DNA from: Bacteroidota bacterium
GTDB lineage: Bacteria; Bacteroidota; Bacteroidia; AKYH767-A; OLB10
Length of the DNA: 64,000 nt
Direction: 5' to 3'
Assembly: GCA_046052065.1 (NCBI GenBank)
Contig: JBJOND010000001.1
Coordinates: 19,194 to 83,193, forward strand
The notes below the pieces were generated by a model that was given only the letters and a program-made list of their open reading frames with translations, had not been told where the DNA came from and searched no databases. The translations under genes were made by a program, and so were the position numbers. Position 1 is the stretch's first letter. Each line of letters starts with the position of its first letter. Of the stretch, positions 1 to 9,887 are shown in pieces.

Positions 1-88
1 GGGACGATGGATTCGGAACAGGTGGTGCCGATAGCTATCGGTACACCAAATAAAAAACGCTACAATTATGTAGCGTTTTTTATTTAAA

Positions 89-490
89 TTATTTATTCTC
101 CTGACACAATTCAATCAGCACACCGTTGGTTCCTTTCGGATGTAAAAAACATACGAGCTTATTATCAGCACCTGGCTTAGGCTCTTGATTTAATAAAACA
201 AATCCTTCGCCTTCCAATCGTTTCATTTCTGAGCGTATATCTGCTACATCAAAAGCAATATGATGAATGCCCTCTCCTTTCTTTTCAATAAATTTTGCAA
301 TAGGCGAATCAGGGTTTGTAGCAACTAACAACTCAATTTTATTTTCTCCAATCTGAAAAAAAGAAGTATTTACACCCTCTGATTGCACTTCTTCCGTTTT
401 ATAATGCGCTTGTCCGAACAACTTTTTAAATAGCTCATTCGAATTATTTAAATCTTTTACCGCAATACCTATATGTTCAATTTTTAACAT
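89..490 (-). CDS. VOC/glyoxalase-fold protein, methylmalonyl-CoA epimerase-like
   Basis: The N-terminus MLKIEHIGIAVKDL with later HHIAF and LHPK motifs is typical of the VOC epimerase family. The ORF track runs upstream to 595, but the internal ATG near 490 gives the canonical N-terminus. Overlaps the rhomboid gene stop by about 14 bp. Confidence 0.6.
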   Translation of the reverse strand: MLKIEHIGIAVKDLNNSNELFKKLFGQAHYKTEEVQSEGVNTSFFQIGENKIELLVATNPDSPIAKFIEKKGEGIHHIAFDVADIRSEMKRLEGEGFVLLNQEPKPGADNKLVCFLHPKGTNGVLIELCQENK

Positions 491-1211
491 CATTATCCGT
501 TGAATTTGTTTTGTAAATATAATTAACTGTTGTTGATGGATTGTCGTTAGCTGAATCGGATTTTTCAATTGGTTTATTATCTTCAACATCAACATTCCAA
601 TATTCTTCCTCGTGCACTTCTTCTTCTAATTCCCAATCATAAACTGGTCGTTGTACTCCTGTTTTACGATAATACCAGGCCATTAATAATCCTGCAGCAC
701 CACCAAACAAATGCCCTTCCCAACTAATGCCTTGCAAGAAGGGCATTAAGCCCCATACCATACTTCCATATAAAAACACAACTAATAACGAAATGGTCAT
801 GGTTGATTTTTCTTTTTTAAATACACCGGTGAAAAATAAAAAAGCAGCAAGTCCATAGATGATACCACTTGCACCAATATGGTAATTTGTACGTCCGCCT
901 ATCCATAACCATATTGCATGCAGTAACCAAATTTGAAGGATTACACGATAAGCTATATCACGATGAAAAGTAAACAACAAAAAACCTAACACTAACAATC
1001 CTGCACTGTTAGAAATCAAATGTTCCCAATCGCCATGCACGAAAGGGAACGTAATAATTCCAGTTAACGCATCTATATTACGAGGCAATAAACCGTATTT
1101 TGAAAAATGTAGATGATAGTTGACCTCTACTCCTTTTATAATCCATAAAAGCATTACAAAAAGTAATGAAGGAATAAAATTTTGAAGTAAAAGTTTCTCT
1201 TCTTTACGCAT
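477..1211 (-). CDS. rhomboid family intramembrane serine protease
   Basis: Polytopic membrane protein with the GxSG-like motif HIGASGIIYG and a conserved His in a later TM helix. Acidic C-terminal tail. Confidence 0.7.
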   Translation of the reverse strand: MRKEEKLLLQNFIPSLLFVMLLWIIKGVEVNYHLHFSKYGLLPRNIDALTGIITFPFVHGDWEHLISNSAGLLVLGFLLFTFHRDIAYRVILQIWLLHAIWLWIGGRTNYHIGASGIIYGLAAFLFFTGVFKKEKSTMTISLLVVFLYGSMVWGLMPFLQGISWEGHLFGGAAGLLMAWYYRKTGVQRPVYDWELEEEVHEEEYWNVDVEDNKPIEKSDSANDNPSTTVNYIYKTNSTDNDVKN

Positions 1212-1219
1212 TTATTCTA

Positions 1220-2764
1220 TCAAGGCTTTATCAACTTTCGGAATGCTTGCACATTTCCGTTTTGATCTTCAATGCGTAGTAAATAAAAACCAGCATCGTA
1301 GTTACTTGTATTTATCTGATAGTTGTTTTTAAATTCGGTATTATTCACCAACTGACCAGTAGCAGTATACACTTTCAGAATGTATTGACCTGCTTTAGCA
1401 ACGTCAATGTTTAATAAATCACTCATCGGATTAGGATAAACATTTAATCCGAATTGATTATTGTCTTGCAGAGAAGAAATACTCGTACAAATAATATTTC
1501 CAGTATTCGTTGCAGCGTTGAATACATTATTTACCTGCGTTAATACATTAGTTGTTCCTGAAATTAATGCATGAGGAGTTGATGCATTTGAAGTCACCGT
1601 ATTGTTCGTTAGAGCAATTGTACTCATATTACAGGTGATTCCAGCTGAGTCTGTCTTAACAGCAAAAATATTTGTCGACGAAGAACTGCCTACATAACCT
1701 ACCAGCAAATAACCACCATCAGTCGTTTTTATAAATGAGTTAAACTTCGATTGCACATAACCTGTTGGAAGATATTTATTCACCCAATAAACTAATCCTG
1801 ATTGATCCACCTTAAAAAATAACGCTGATGTATATCCGTTTGAAAGCGATTCAGCATTTGCTGCAATTACATAATTTCCATAGCCTATCTGATAATCGGT
1901 TGTGATTTTAACACCATTTAAATTATTACCTGATAACTTATATTTCTTATTCATCAATATTGTACTCAACGAAGAATCATAACGCGTAACAACTAATGAA
2001 CCTCCTGTTGGTCCGCCAAAATCTCCAGCCGACATAATAACAGTTTTTCCATCAAAATCTTTATAACTATCAATCGAATAAATTCCCATTGCCGTAGATG
2101 GATTTGCCAGAATAGCATTATTGGTATCAACAATACATGTTAGATTAGCTAAACGATTAAACGAAAATCGTCCGTCACCTAAATACGATGCTTTATAGTA
2201 AGGACTAGCAAACTGATTCGTATTTAAATGAAACTCGCTAAGTATGGTTCCAGCTGTATCTAAATAAGTAATTGATGGTTTTGCAGCACCTCCAATTGCT
2301 GTTGTTCCTGTTACAACATATTTATCATTACTCAATTGAAAAACGCTATTACCATAATCGTTACCACCCGTAACACCATATCGTTTGAACCAGATTAAAT
2401 TTAAATCAGGAGAAAACTTCGCAAGAAAAATATCATTATCTGTTGTAGATGCCCGATAGTATCCTGTTACTAATAGTTCTCCCGTATTGGTAATATTCAT
2501 TGCAATCGGAACAGCAGTAACGTTTGAGCCCAATTTACTTTGAATAGTATTTCCATTCTGATCTAGCTCTGTTAATGAAAAATTAAAATCGTTTCCTCCC
2601 GTATACACTGAACCTAACACAATAAAATGTCCGTTGCTGGTTTCAACTGCTGCAATGCCTTCGTTATAGCCCGTCTGACCTAATACAATTCGCTCAACAA
2701 ATTGACTGTAGGAGAAGTTAGAGCATAGTACAACGATAGCAAATAATGTAATAATTCTTTTCAT
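1220..2764 (-). CDS. secreted protein with T9SS type A C-terminal sorting domain
   Basis: Signal peptide MKRIITLFAIVVLCSNFSYSQ at the internal ATG (the track start at 2842 is an N-terminal extension). The C-terminal roughly 80 aa (LNVYPNP...YLLRIEDQNGN) match the Por secretion tail. Confidence 0.6.
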   Translation of the reverse strand: MKRIITLFAIVVLCSNFSYSQFVERIVLGQTGYNEGIAAVETSNGHFIVLGSVYTGGNDFNFSLTELDQNGNTIQSKLGSNVTAVPIAMNITNTGELLVTGYYRASTTDNDIFLAKFSPDLNLIWFKRYGVTGGNDYGNSVFQLSNDKYVVTGTTAIGGAAKPSITYLDTAGTILSEFHLNTNQFASPYYKASYLGDGRFSFNRLANLTCIVDTNNAILANPSTAMGIYSIDSYKDFDGKTVIMSAGDFGGPTGGSLVVTRYDSSLSTILMNKKYKLSGNNLNGVKITTDYQIGYGNYVIAANAESLSNGYTSALFFKVDQSGLVYWVNKYLPTGYVQSKFNSFIKTTDGGYLLVGYVGSSSSTNIFAVKTDSAGITCNMSTIALTNNTVTSNASTPHALISGTTNVLTQVNNVFNAATNTGNIICTSISSLQDNNQFGLNVYPNPMSDLLNIDVAKAGQYILKVYTATGQLVNNTEFKNNYQINTSNYDAGFYLLRIEDQNGNVQAFRKLIKP

Positions 2765-2765
2765 T

Positions 2766-4058
2766 TTAATCGAGTTTATATTTTTTAAGATATTTTCTAT
2801 AAAGTTGTTCCTGAATATTATCCAAATTAATTTCTTTTCCACGGATATACGCTGACGTTACTATACTTGACTTCATATCAAGGATATCACCGGTTGAAAT
2901 AATTAAGGTGGCATCTTTTCCGTCTTCTAAAGAACCAACTGTTTTATCAATTCCTAAAATACGAGCAGGATTCAAGGTAATTGTTTGTAAAGCTTCTTCT
3001 TTTGTAAGTCCATAGCTCACTGCCTGTCCCGCTTGGAAAGGTAAATTTCGATCTTTCCAGAATCCTTCATCTGTGATTGATACATCTATACCCTTTTTCA
3101 TCAACAAGGAAGGCAGCTTATAAGGTAAGTAAACATCTTCATCATCACGACGTGGTAAGTTCTGTGTCCTTTCAAGAATAACAGGTATGTTGCGCGATTT
3201 TAATTCATCGGCTAACATCCAAGCATCGGCAGCACCACATAAAACCATACGCACTTTATAAATTTCGCAAAACTTGATAGCTGCTAAAATATCTTTTGCA
3301 AAGTTGCATCGCACATACAATGTTTTTGTATGGTTAAACAAGCCGCGCATAGCTTCTAAATTCTGATTTATTACTTCAGGATTTTTAGTAGTGGAATATA
3401 CTTTTGCATTATCAAACAAGGTTGTTAAATCCTGCATTTGCTTTGCCGATCTTTTCATTTGCTCTTCTTCTGAATCTGCCCACGAAGCTTTGATTATTTG
3501 TGTTGATGGAAAATTTAACCAGATGCCTTCATCAATTTTGTAAGCTGCATCTTCATAATTCCAAGCGTCCAATTCTACTACTGATGATTGACCAGATATT
3601 AATCCACCTGTTGGAGCAACTTGCGCTAGTAAAATTCCATTTGAGCGTACGGTAGGAGTTACTTTTGAATCCGTATTATAAGCAATGATAGCTCGTGATG
3701 ATGGATTGACATTTCCTACTTCATCATAATCATGCGTTGCACGAACTGCTTCAATTTCATTTATACCTAATACGGTATTCATTGCTATTAATCCCGGATA
3801 AACATGTTTACCATAAATATCTATGATGGTATCAAACGCGGTACGAGCTGGCTTAAATCCTTTACCATCCATAATAAAAGTAATCTTGCCTTGCGCAATA
3901 CCAATTGCACTTTGCTCTATGACAGTTCCATTTCCAACATGTGCAATACCACCTAACAATAAAATTCTTTTGGTTGCTGTATCTGCAGGTGTTGGATTCT
4001 GCGCAAAACTACTTGATGAAACAAGCAGCGAAACACCTAAAACTATTTTCTTAATCAT
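2766..4058 (-). CDS. amidohydrolase family protein (secreted)
   Basis: Signal peptide MIKKIVLGVSLLVSSSSFAQ at the internal ATG. Metal-dependent amidohydrolase fold motifs. The start lies 1-2 nt from the stop of the upstream amidohydrolase. Confidence 0.65.
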   Translation of the reverse strand: MIKKIVLGVSLLVSSSSFAQNPTPADTATKRILLLGGIAHVGNGTVIEQSAIGIAQGKITFIMDGKGFKPARTAFDTIIDIYGKHVYPGLIAMNTVLGINEIEAVRATHDYDEVGNVNPSSRAIIAYNTDSKVTPTVRSNGILLAQVAPTGGLISGQSSVVELDAWNYEDAAYKIDEGIWLNFPSTQIIKASWADSEEEQMKRSAKQMQDLTTLFDNAKVYSTTKNPEVINQNLEAMRGLFNHTKTLYVRCNFAKDILAAIKFCEIYKVRMVLCGAADAWMLADELKSRNIPVILERTQNLPRRDDEDVYLPYKLPSLLMKKGIDVSITDEGFWKDRNLPFQAGQAVSYGLTKEEALQTITLNPARILGIDKTVGSLEDGKDATLIISTGDILDMKSSIVTSAYIRGKEINLDNIQEQLYRKYLKKYKLD

Positions 4059-4059
4059 A

Positions 4060-7000
4060 TTAATGCGGTAGTTGTTCTTTATTGTTACAGTGATTAAACT
4101 CTTCCATTTTAAACGATGGCTTACCCATATTAGCACCCTTGCCTTTTTCATCCAACGATTTATTCATTAATCGTGTTTTCTCCTGATGCGCATTTATAAC
4201 CATCTGCTCTTCTTCTTTCACATCATAATAGCAAATGCCATCTACAAATGTTTTCTGAACCTTTGCGTAAATACTTAGAGGATTACCATCCCAGATTACG
4301 ACATCCGCATCTTTACCTTCTTTGATACTTCCTACACGATTATCGATGTGTAATAAAATTGCAGGATTAAGAGTGACGAATTTCAAAGCATCCTCTTCAC
4401 TCACATTACCATACTTTATTGCCTTTGCTGCTTCCTGATTTAAACGACGAGCCATTTCAGCATCATCACTATTGAGGGCTGTTACTATTCCCATATCATG
4501 AAGAATGCGAGCGTTATGAGGAATTGCCTCAATCACTTCAAACTTATAAGCCCACCAATCGCTGAATGTAGATGCCCCAACTCCATGCTTTTTCATTTTA
4601 TCCGCTACTTTATAACCTTCAAGGATATGTGTAAAGGTGTTAATTCTAAAATTAAAAGTATCTGCCACATGCATTAACATATTTATTTCTCCTTGCTGAT
4701 AACTATGACACGTAATAAATAGTTTCTTATTTAATATATCGGATAATGCTTCGAGCTCTAAATCTTTTCGAGGCATTTGTAATTTACCACCCGATTTATT
4801 GTAATTGGTCCATTTGTTTTGATATTCTCTTGCTCTGGTAAATCCATCCATATACACTTGCTCAACGCCCATTCTCGTTTGTGGATAACGAATTGTGTTC
4901 ATATCGCCCCAGTTCGTTTGTTTTACATTTTCTCCCAATGCAAATTTGATAAAGCTATCAGCGCCTTCAAACTTCATTTGCTCTGCATTCATACCCCAAC
5001 GCAACTTAATTAATTCTGTTTGTCCACCAATCGCATTCGCACTTCCATGTAACAGATGCGAAGTAGTAACTCCTCCAGCTAATTGTCGGTAGATATTGAT
5101 ATCATCTGGATTAATAACATCGCCAATTCTTACTTCGGCCGTAATCGTTTCTGTTCCTTCATTTACATCACCCTCAACAGCAATATGGGAATGTTCATCA
5201 ATCATACCCGCCGTTAAATGCAAATTGGTTCCATCAATTATCTCCAAACCTGAAAGCTTTAACATCTTTTCATCAATGCTTCCAACCTTAGTAATCTTAC
5301 CTTTAAAAATAAGTACATCCGTGTTTTTCAAAATCCCTTCTTTTTCGTTAGTCCATACCGTTATATTTTTAATTAAAACCGGATGTTCTAATGGAATACT
5401 CTTTCTTCCAAAGCCAGATAAAGGATAAGTTAACTCTGCTAAAGCAGGAGCATTACTATTTGTTTTGTTTGAAGCACTGTCTTTCTTATCAGTAAACGAG
5501 GCAGTTTGTTTTGCCGACCATACAGTCCACTCTCCATTGTTATTTTGTAATTGACCTTTGAATTCGTGATTGATATTATCAAACTGACCATTTAAACGTG
5601 TATAGCCCTTTCCTTTTACAGGTTCAAAGCGAAAAGTATACTGCAAGATATCTTTTACGAATTCTACTTTCACTTTTACAGTATCAATACTTATGGTAAC
5701 TTCTGGTTGCGATTTATTACCCGAAATATCCATTTGATAATTGTTCCCTTCTGCGGTTTTTAATTCATATACTCCACGAATATCTATAGAATCATCTTCA
5801 TTAATTACATAACGCTCGCCACCTATCCAGTTTTCTAACAAGACCCCTTCTTTAGTAAATACATCACCGCTACAAATCAGAAAATTAGCGAGCATATCTT
5901 TTTTAATTGCTCCCGTCTGATTATCGATTTTCAAAAGTTTAGCTGGCGTAAGAGTCAGTGCCTTTAATAACTTCTGTGAAGTCAATCCTGTAGATGATAG
6001 TCGTTGTAAGTTCTTTGCAAACGCTTTAGCATCCTTACATCCCGACAATGTTATACAATAGTTTACGTTGGCGCTATCTAAATAATATAAGTTATAAGGT
6101 GCGTAATCCCATTTTTTCAAATCTGCGAGTGAAACATTAGCAGCATCAAACGGATTAGAAACATCAAACCCTTCAGGGAAGTTAACTGGAATAATTAAAC
6201 TTGCTCCTGTTGCTTTAATATCGTTCAATCGCAAATACTCATCACCTGCGCCTTTCAAAATATATTGCACGCCAAATTCATCTCCTAATCGATCTGCTCT
6301 AAGTAATGAGCGATAATTATTTACTTCAAAAATCTGCGGTAATAATTGCAAATCATTCCAAGCCGTCAACGATAAATTATTGTCGCGCTCCTTTACAGTT
6401 TTATACCAAGAGGCATCCAAATACGTCTGGCGCAACAAAGCAATAGTGCCCATTAAGGATGAAGGATACTCTTGTGTTGAGCTACCTTTATTAAATGAAT
6501 ACATCGCAGCAACTTTTTCTTTAAATAGCTGAACACCTTCGTCTTTTTTACCTAACAACACAAACGCTGCAGAACCACGAGCAATTCCATCATTTTGAAA
6601 AGTAAGCACTGAGCCAAATCCGATATTACGTATTTCACCCGCCTTTTTATCGTCTATAACAAAATTAGTAGATGCATTATACTCGGCTTTAATTGCCTGA
6701 TTCCAACTAAATGCTCCTTTGGTTTGCGTATTATATTGCGGACCTCTAACACGATCGTTTCTTTTAACTTCAGGTTGACCATAATTGGAATAAATATCAA
6801 TAAACGAAGGAATGATTCGCTTGCCTTTTAAGTCATAAATGACTGCATCTGATGGCACAGGTATATTATTACCTACGGCAATTATTTTGTTAGCCTTGAT
6901 AATAAGTGTGGCGTCAGTTAAGATTGTTTTATCATCCTGCCAGATCTCAGCATGCGTAAATGCATAGGTAAAAACCCTTGGATCTGATAGGGCTTGTGTA

Positions 7001-7074
7001 GGCTGGGCCGATTGTGCAAGTAATTGCGATACAGGCCAAATAATAGTGAATAAGAATGTTAGTATTTTCTTCAT
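4060..7074 (-). CDS. large amidohydrolase family protein (secreted, 1004 aa)
   Basis: Signal peptide MKKILTFLFTIIWPVSQLLAQ. Amidohydrolase-like segments in both the N- and C-terminal halves (GMIDEHSHIA, HVADTFNFR). Tandem with the 431-aa amidohydrolase. Confidence 0.65.
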   Translation of the reverse strand: MKKILTFLFTIIWPVSQLLAQSAQPTQALSDPRVFTYAFTHAEIWQDDKTILTDATLIIKANKIIAVGNNIPVPSDAVIYDLKGKRIIPSFIDIYSNYGQPEVKRNDRVRGPQYNTQTKGAFSWNQAIKAEYNASTNFVIDDKKAGEIRNIGFGSVLTFQNDGIARGSAAFVLLGKKDEGVQLFKEKVAAMYSFNKGSSTQEYPSSLMGTIALLRQTYLDASWYKTVKERDNNLSLTAWNDLQLLPQIFEVNNYRSLLRADRLGDEFGVQYILKGAGDEYLRLNDIKATGASLIIPVNFPEGFDVSNPFDAANVSLADLKKWDYAPYNLYYLDSANVNYCITLSGCKDAKAFAKNLQRLSSTGLTSQKLLKALTLTPAKLLKIDNQTGAIKKDMLANFLICSGDVFTKEGVLLENWIGGERYVINEDDSIDIRGVYELKTAEGNNYQMDISGNKSQPEVTISIDTVKVKVEFVKDILQYTFRFEPVKGKGYTRLNGQFDNINHEFKGQLQNNNGEWTVWSAKQTASFTDKKDSASNKTNSNAPALAELTYPLSGFGRKSIPLEHPVLIKNITVWTNEKEGILKNTDVLIFKGKITKVGSIDEKMLKLSGLEIIDGTNLHLTAGMIDEHSHIAVEGDVNEGTETITAEVRIGDVINPDDINIYRQLAGGVTTSHLLHGSANAIGGQTELIKLRWGMNAEQMKFEGADSFIKFALGENVKQTNWGDMNTIRYPQTRMGVEQVYMDGFTRAREYQNKWTNYNKSGGKLQMPRKDLELEALSDILNKKLFITCHSYQQGEINMLMHVADTFNFRINTFTHILEGYKVADKMKKHGVGASTFSDWWAYKFEVIEAIPHNARILHDMGIVTALNSDDAEMARRLNQEAAKAIKYGNVSEEDALKFVTLNPAILLHIDNRVGSIKEGKDADVVIWDGNPLSIYAKVQKTFVDGICYYDVKEEEQMVINAHQEKTRLMNKSLDEKGKGANMGKPSFKMEEFNHCNNKEQLPH

Positions 7075-7166
7075 TGTAGGGTCGAAGTTGCTTTACGAAG
7101 GTAATAGTTTTACCCAATCAAATATATGATGGTTAAAAATCTATTAACCATCAATTGTCAGATATT

Positions 7167-8693
7167 ATGGCTTCGTTGAAACAAACTGCTGAACCTCTTT
7201 TGAATCTACATCGCATTCCTAAAACGAAGCAGGCGGTTGAGCACGTTCGAATGAAGTTATCTGAGAACAAAAGCGAAGAGGCAAAGTCGTTTATTAATAA
7301 ATTGCTGGAGCTTTATTTAACGAGCCCCGGATTTAATGCCTTGCAGCTGTCTAAAGTTCGCATCAAACGCATGAAAGCAGATCATTATCGTGAAATGCTC
7401 CTATCTCTAGATGAAGAACTTAAATCGATATTAATAGAAGGGGAAACGAATTCATCAAATGCGACCAAAAAAGAGTCTACTGGTGAATTACATAGCCATG
7501 TAATCAAATTAACAGAGGACCTTGCTATTCATCCCACTTACTCTATGCAAGATGAAGCGCAGGAATTTGAAGAATTATTAATAAGCAAAAACGAACCAGA
7601 GTTATTATTATACCTTTTCAAAACGAGTCGTGCTTTTTATAAAAAAGCAGTTACTAAAGAAAAGACTCGTGATTTTTTAAGTAAGTATGAAACCGTTTTT
7701 AATCAGTCGAAAAATAATTTCTTACGAACGTACTATGGATTTATCCTTGATACGTTAGAACAGGATTTATTTACAGGTATATTAAAAGCAAATGAAGCAG
7801 AAGATCTTTTTAAGAATCTTGAACAACTACTACTTGAAGAATCATCAGAGGAAAACAAAGAAGAACTCTTATTAAACATTCTTAGATGTGGTGCCTTATT
7901 CCCAAATACTACAGAGATTCTAAAATCGTATATAAATGCAGCAGAGGAATTGCTGCAAAACAACGATCAGTTATCAGCAAGCAACAAAATCGTATTTAGC
8001 AGTTTAATTGCACTTTATTCTTCAACGGCATCCAAGTCCTATCGAATAAAATTACTGAACGATGCAGAAAGTTTATTAGAGGAAGAAGACACTGCTCAAA
8101 AATCAAAATTAAAAATCAATAAAGGAATTGTGCATTTGCATTTTGGAGAATTTGATGAAGCCAAGAAAAACTTCAATGCTGCAGAACACCTGATTTTTAA
8201 AACATCCTGGAAGAATATTGAAAGGAGGAATTCGTGGAAGGATATATGCTATTGGAGGAAATTCATTTTTGCAGAGATGATTTTAAGTAAAGATGTAATG
8301 TACAATCCTACGATGTTTAGCGATTTACAAAAAATCATTCACGATACTATGCAGGATTTCCAAGGACAATTTCAGTTAAAGTCTGAGATTGAAGCCATGC
8401 AGAATTTTGTTAGTCATAAATGGAATGATGCTATCGAAAAATACAAACTCGCCAATCAATATTATGATGCTCCGCATTATCCATTCGATTATTATTTTAA
8501 TCAGGCTATGATTGCTATCCTGACAGATAAAAAGGAAACAAAATTTATTACTAAATTAAAATCATCCGAGAGCTTGTTTTTTTCTACGACTGCTATTTCG
8601 ATTCTAACAAATGCAAAAATGTTTTTCAAAGAAAATAAATCATCCGAAATTTATCAGGTTGACCAATTACACGAAAACAATAAACATTTATAA
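7167..8693 (+). CDS. hypothetical protein (helical, cytoplasmic, Glu/Leu-rich)
   Basis: The ORF-track start at 7155 is a TTG. The first ATG gives MASLKQTAEPL. No recognisable catalytic motif, and no signal peptide or TM segment. Confidence 0.4.
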   Translation: MASLKQTAEPLLNLHRIPKTKQAVEHVRMKLSENKSEEAKSFINKLLELYLTSPGFNALQLSKVRIKRMKADHYREMLLSLDEELKSILIEGETNSSNATKKESTGELHSHVIKLTEDLAIHPTYSMQDEAQEFEELLISKNEPELLLYLFKTSRAFYKKAVTKEKTRDFLSKYETVFNQSKNNFLRTYYGFILDTLEQDLFTGILKANEAEDLFKNLEQLLLEESSEENKEELLLNILRCGALFPNTTEILKSYINAAEELLQNNDQLSASNKIVFSSLIALYSSTASKSYRIKLLNDAESLLEEEDTAQKSKLKINKGIVHLHFGEFDEAKKNFNAAEHLIFKTSWKNIERRNSWKDICYWRKFIFAEMILSKDVMYNPTMFSDLQKIIHDTMQDFQGQFQLKSEIEAMQNFVSHKWNDAIEKYKLANQYYDAPHYPFDYYFNQAMIAILTDKKETKFITKLKSSESLFFSTTAISILTNAKMFFKENKSSEIYQVDQLHENNKHL

Positions 8694-8762
8694 TCGCTCT
8701 GACATCAACTAATTTTCTGTTACTTTACAGAATTGCAAATTGTTTAAGCACTAAAACATCCA

Positions 8763-9434
8763 ATGAATTTATCCAACAGAAAAGATATCATCTTTGTCAT
8801 CCTGGCAGGGTTCTTTATCACTAATGCAATTGTAGCCGAATTAATTGGTGGTAAGCTCGTAGAATTCTTTGGATTGTTCACTCAAAGTATCGGAATTATT
8901 CTTTGGCCGGTCGTGTTTGTAATGACCGATTTAATCAATGAATACTATGGGAAAAGTGGCGTAAGAAAACTAACATTCATTACAATTGGTTTAATTATCT
9001 ACACTTATTTTATCCTCACGATTGGCCTCAACTTAAATGCAACTTCTTTTAGCCCCGTAAATGATGCAGCATTTAAAACGGTATTCGGACAAAGTCAGTG
9101 GATCATTGTTGGTAGCATCATCGCCTTTTTATGCTCACAATTAGTAGACGTTTATTTCTTTTGGGTATTCAGAAAAATGACGAACGGAAAAATGATTTGG
9201 TTCCGAGCAACAGCCAGCACAGTGATAAGCCAGCTCTTCGATACCTTCATTGTACAGTTTATTGCCTTTGTTCTACCTGGATATTGGTCGTTTGATGAAT
9301 TTCTACACAACGCAGCCATTGGCTATGTGTTCAAATTAATGATAGCAGTTGCATTAATTCCGATGATTTACATCCTGCACAATGTAATTAGCAGATACAT
9401 GCATCCAGAGCTTAAAGAAGCTGCTGGCAACTAA
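8763..9434 (+). CDS. queuosine precursor transporter (VUT/YhhQ family) membrane protein
   Basis: 223 aa with about 6 TM helices. Length and hydropathy pattern match the YhhQ/DUF165 family. Confidence 0.5.
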   Translation: MNLSNRKDIIFVILAGFFITNAIVAELIGGKLVEFFGLFTQSIGIILWPVVFVMTDLINEYYGKSGVRKLTFITIGLIIYTYFILTIGLNLNATSFSPVNDAAFKTVFGQSQWIIVGSIIAFLCSQLVDVYFFWVFRKMTNGKMIWFRATASTVISQLFDTFIVQFIAFVLPGYWSFDEFLHNAAIGYVFKLMIAVALIPMIYILHNVISRYMHPELKEAAGN

Positions 9435-9458
9435 GAGAAATATCAACTATTAGTTTTA

Positions 9459-9887
9459 CTAATCAACTGTTGCAATCACTTTTAATTCGATTGCAATCGG
9501 TGTTGGCAAGCAATTAATCTCGCAAGTAGTTCTACAAGGTAAATTATCTTTGAAGTATTCTGCGTAAATACGATTGTATGTTTTGAAATCGTCTTTCATA
9601 TTCGTAAGAAAAACAGTCACGTCTACAATTTTATCCCAGCTTGAACCTGCATCTTCTAAGATATAACGAATATTACGAAATACAGAATGACATTGAGCTT
9701 CGATATCGTAAGAAGTAATATTTCCATTCTCATCTAATTCAACACCGGGAATTTTCTTTTCTCCTCTTTCACGAGGACCAACACCAGATAAAAACAATAA
9801 ATTTCCTACACGACGAGCATGAGGATATAAACCTACTGGCTCAGGTGCCTTTGATGAATTAATTCGGTTCGTAGAGTTGTCTGTCAT
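9459..9887 (-). CDS. RidA/YjgF family protein
   Basis: 142 aa. Conserved EPVGLYPHARR, GNLLFLSGVGP and VDVTVFL motifs of the RidA family. Confidence 0.75.
   Translation of the reverse strand: MTDNSTNRINSSKAPEPVGLYPHARRVGNLLFLSGVGPRERGEKKIPGVELDENGNITSYDIEAQCHSVFRNIRYILEDAGSSWDKIVDVTVFLTNMKDDFKTYNRIYAEYFKDNLPCRTTCEINCLPTPIAIELKVIATVD

Noticed and set aside
89-595. Longer 168-aa version of the VOC-family ORF
   Set aside because: The upstream 35 codons overlap the rhomboid gene and are low-complexity. The canonical VOC N-terminus starts at the internal Met near 490.
3823-5428. Plus-strand ORFs of 64-110 aa inside the large amidohydrolase genes
   Set aside because: Antisense to long well-supported CDSs, with hydrophobic low-complexity translations.
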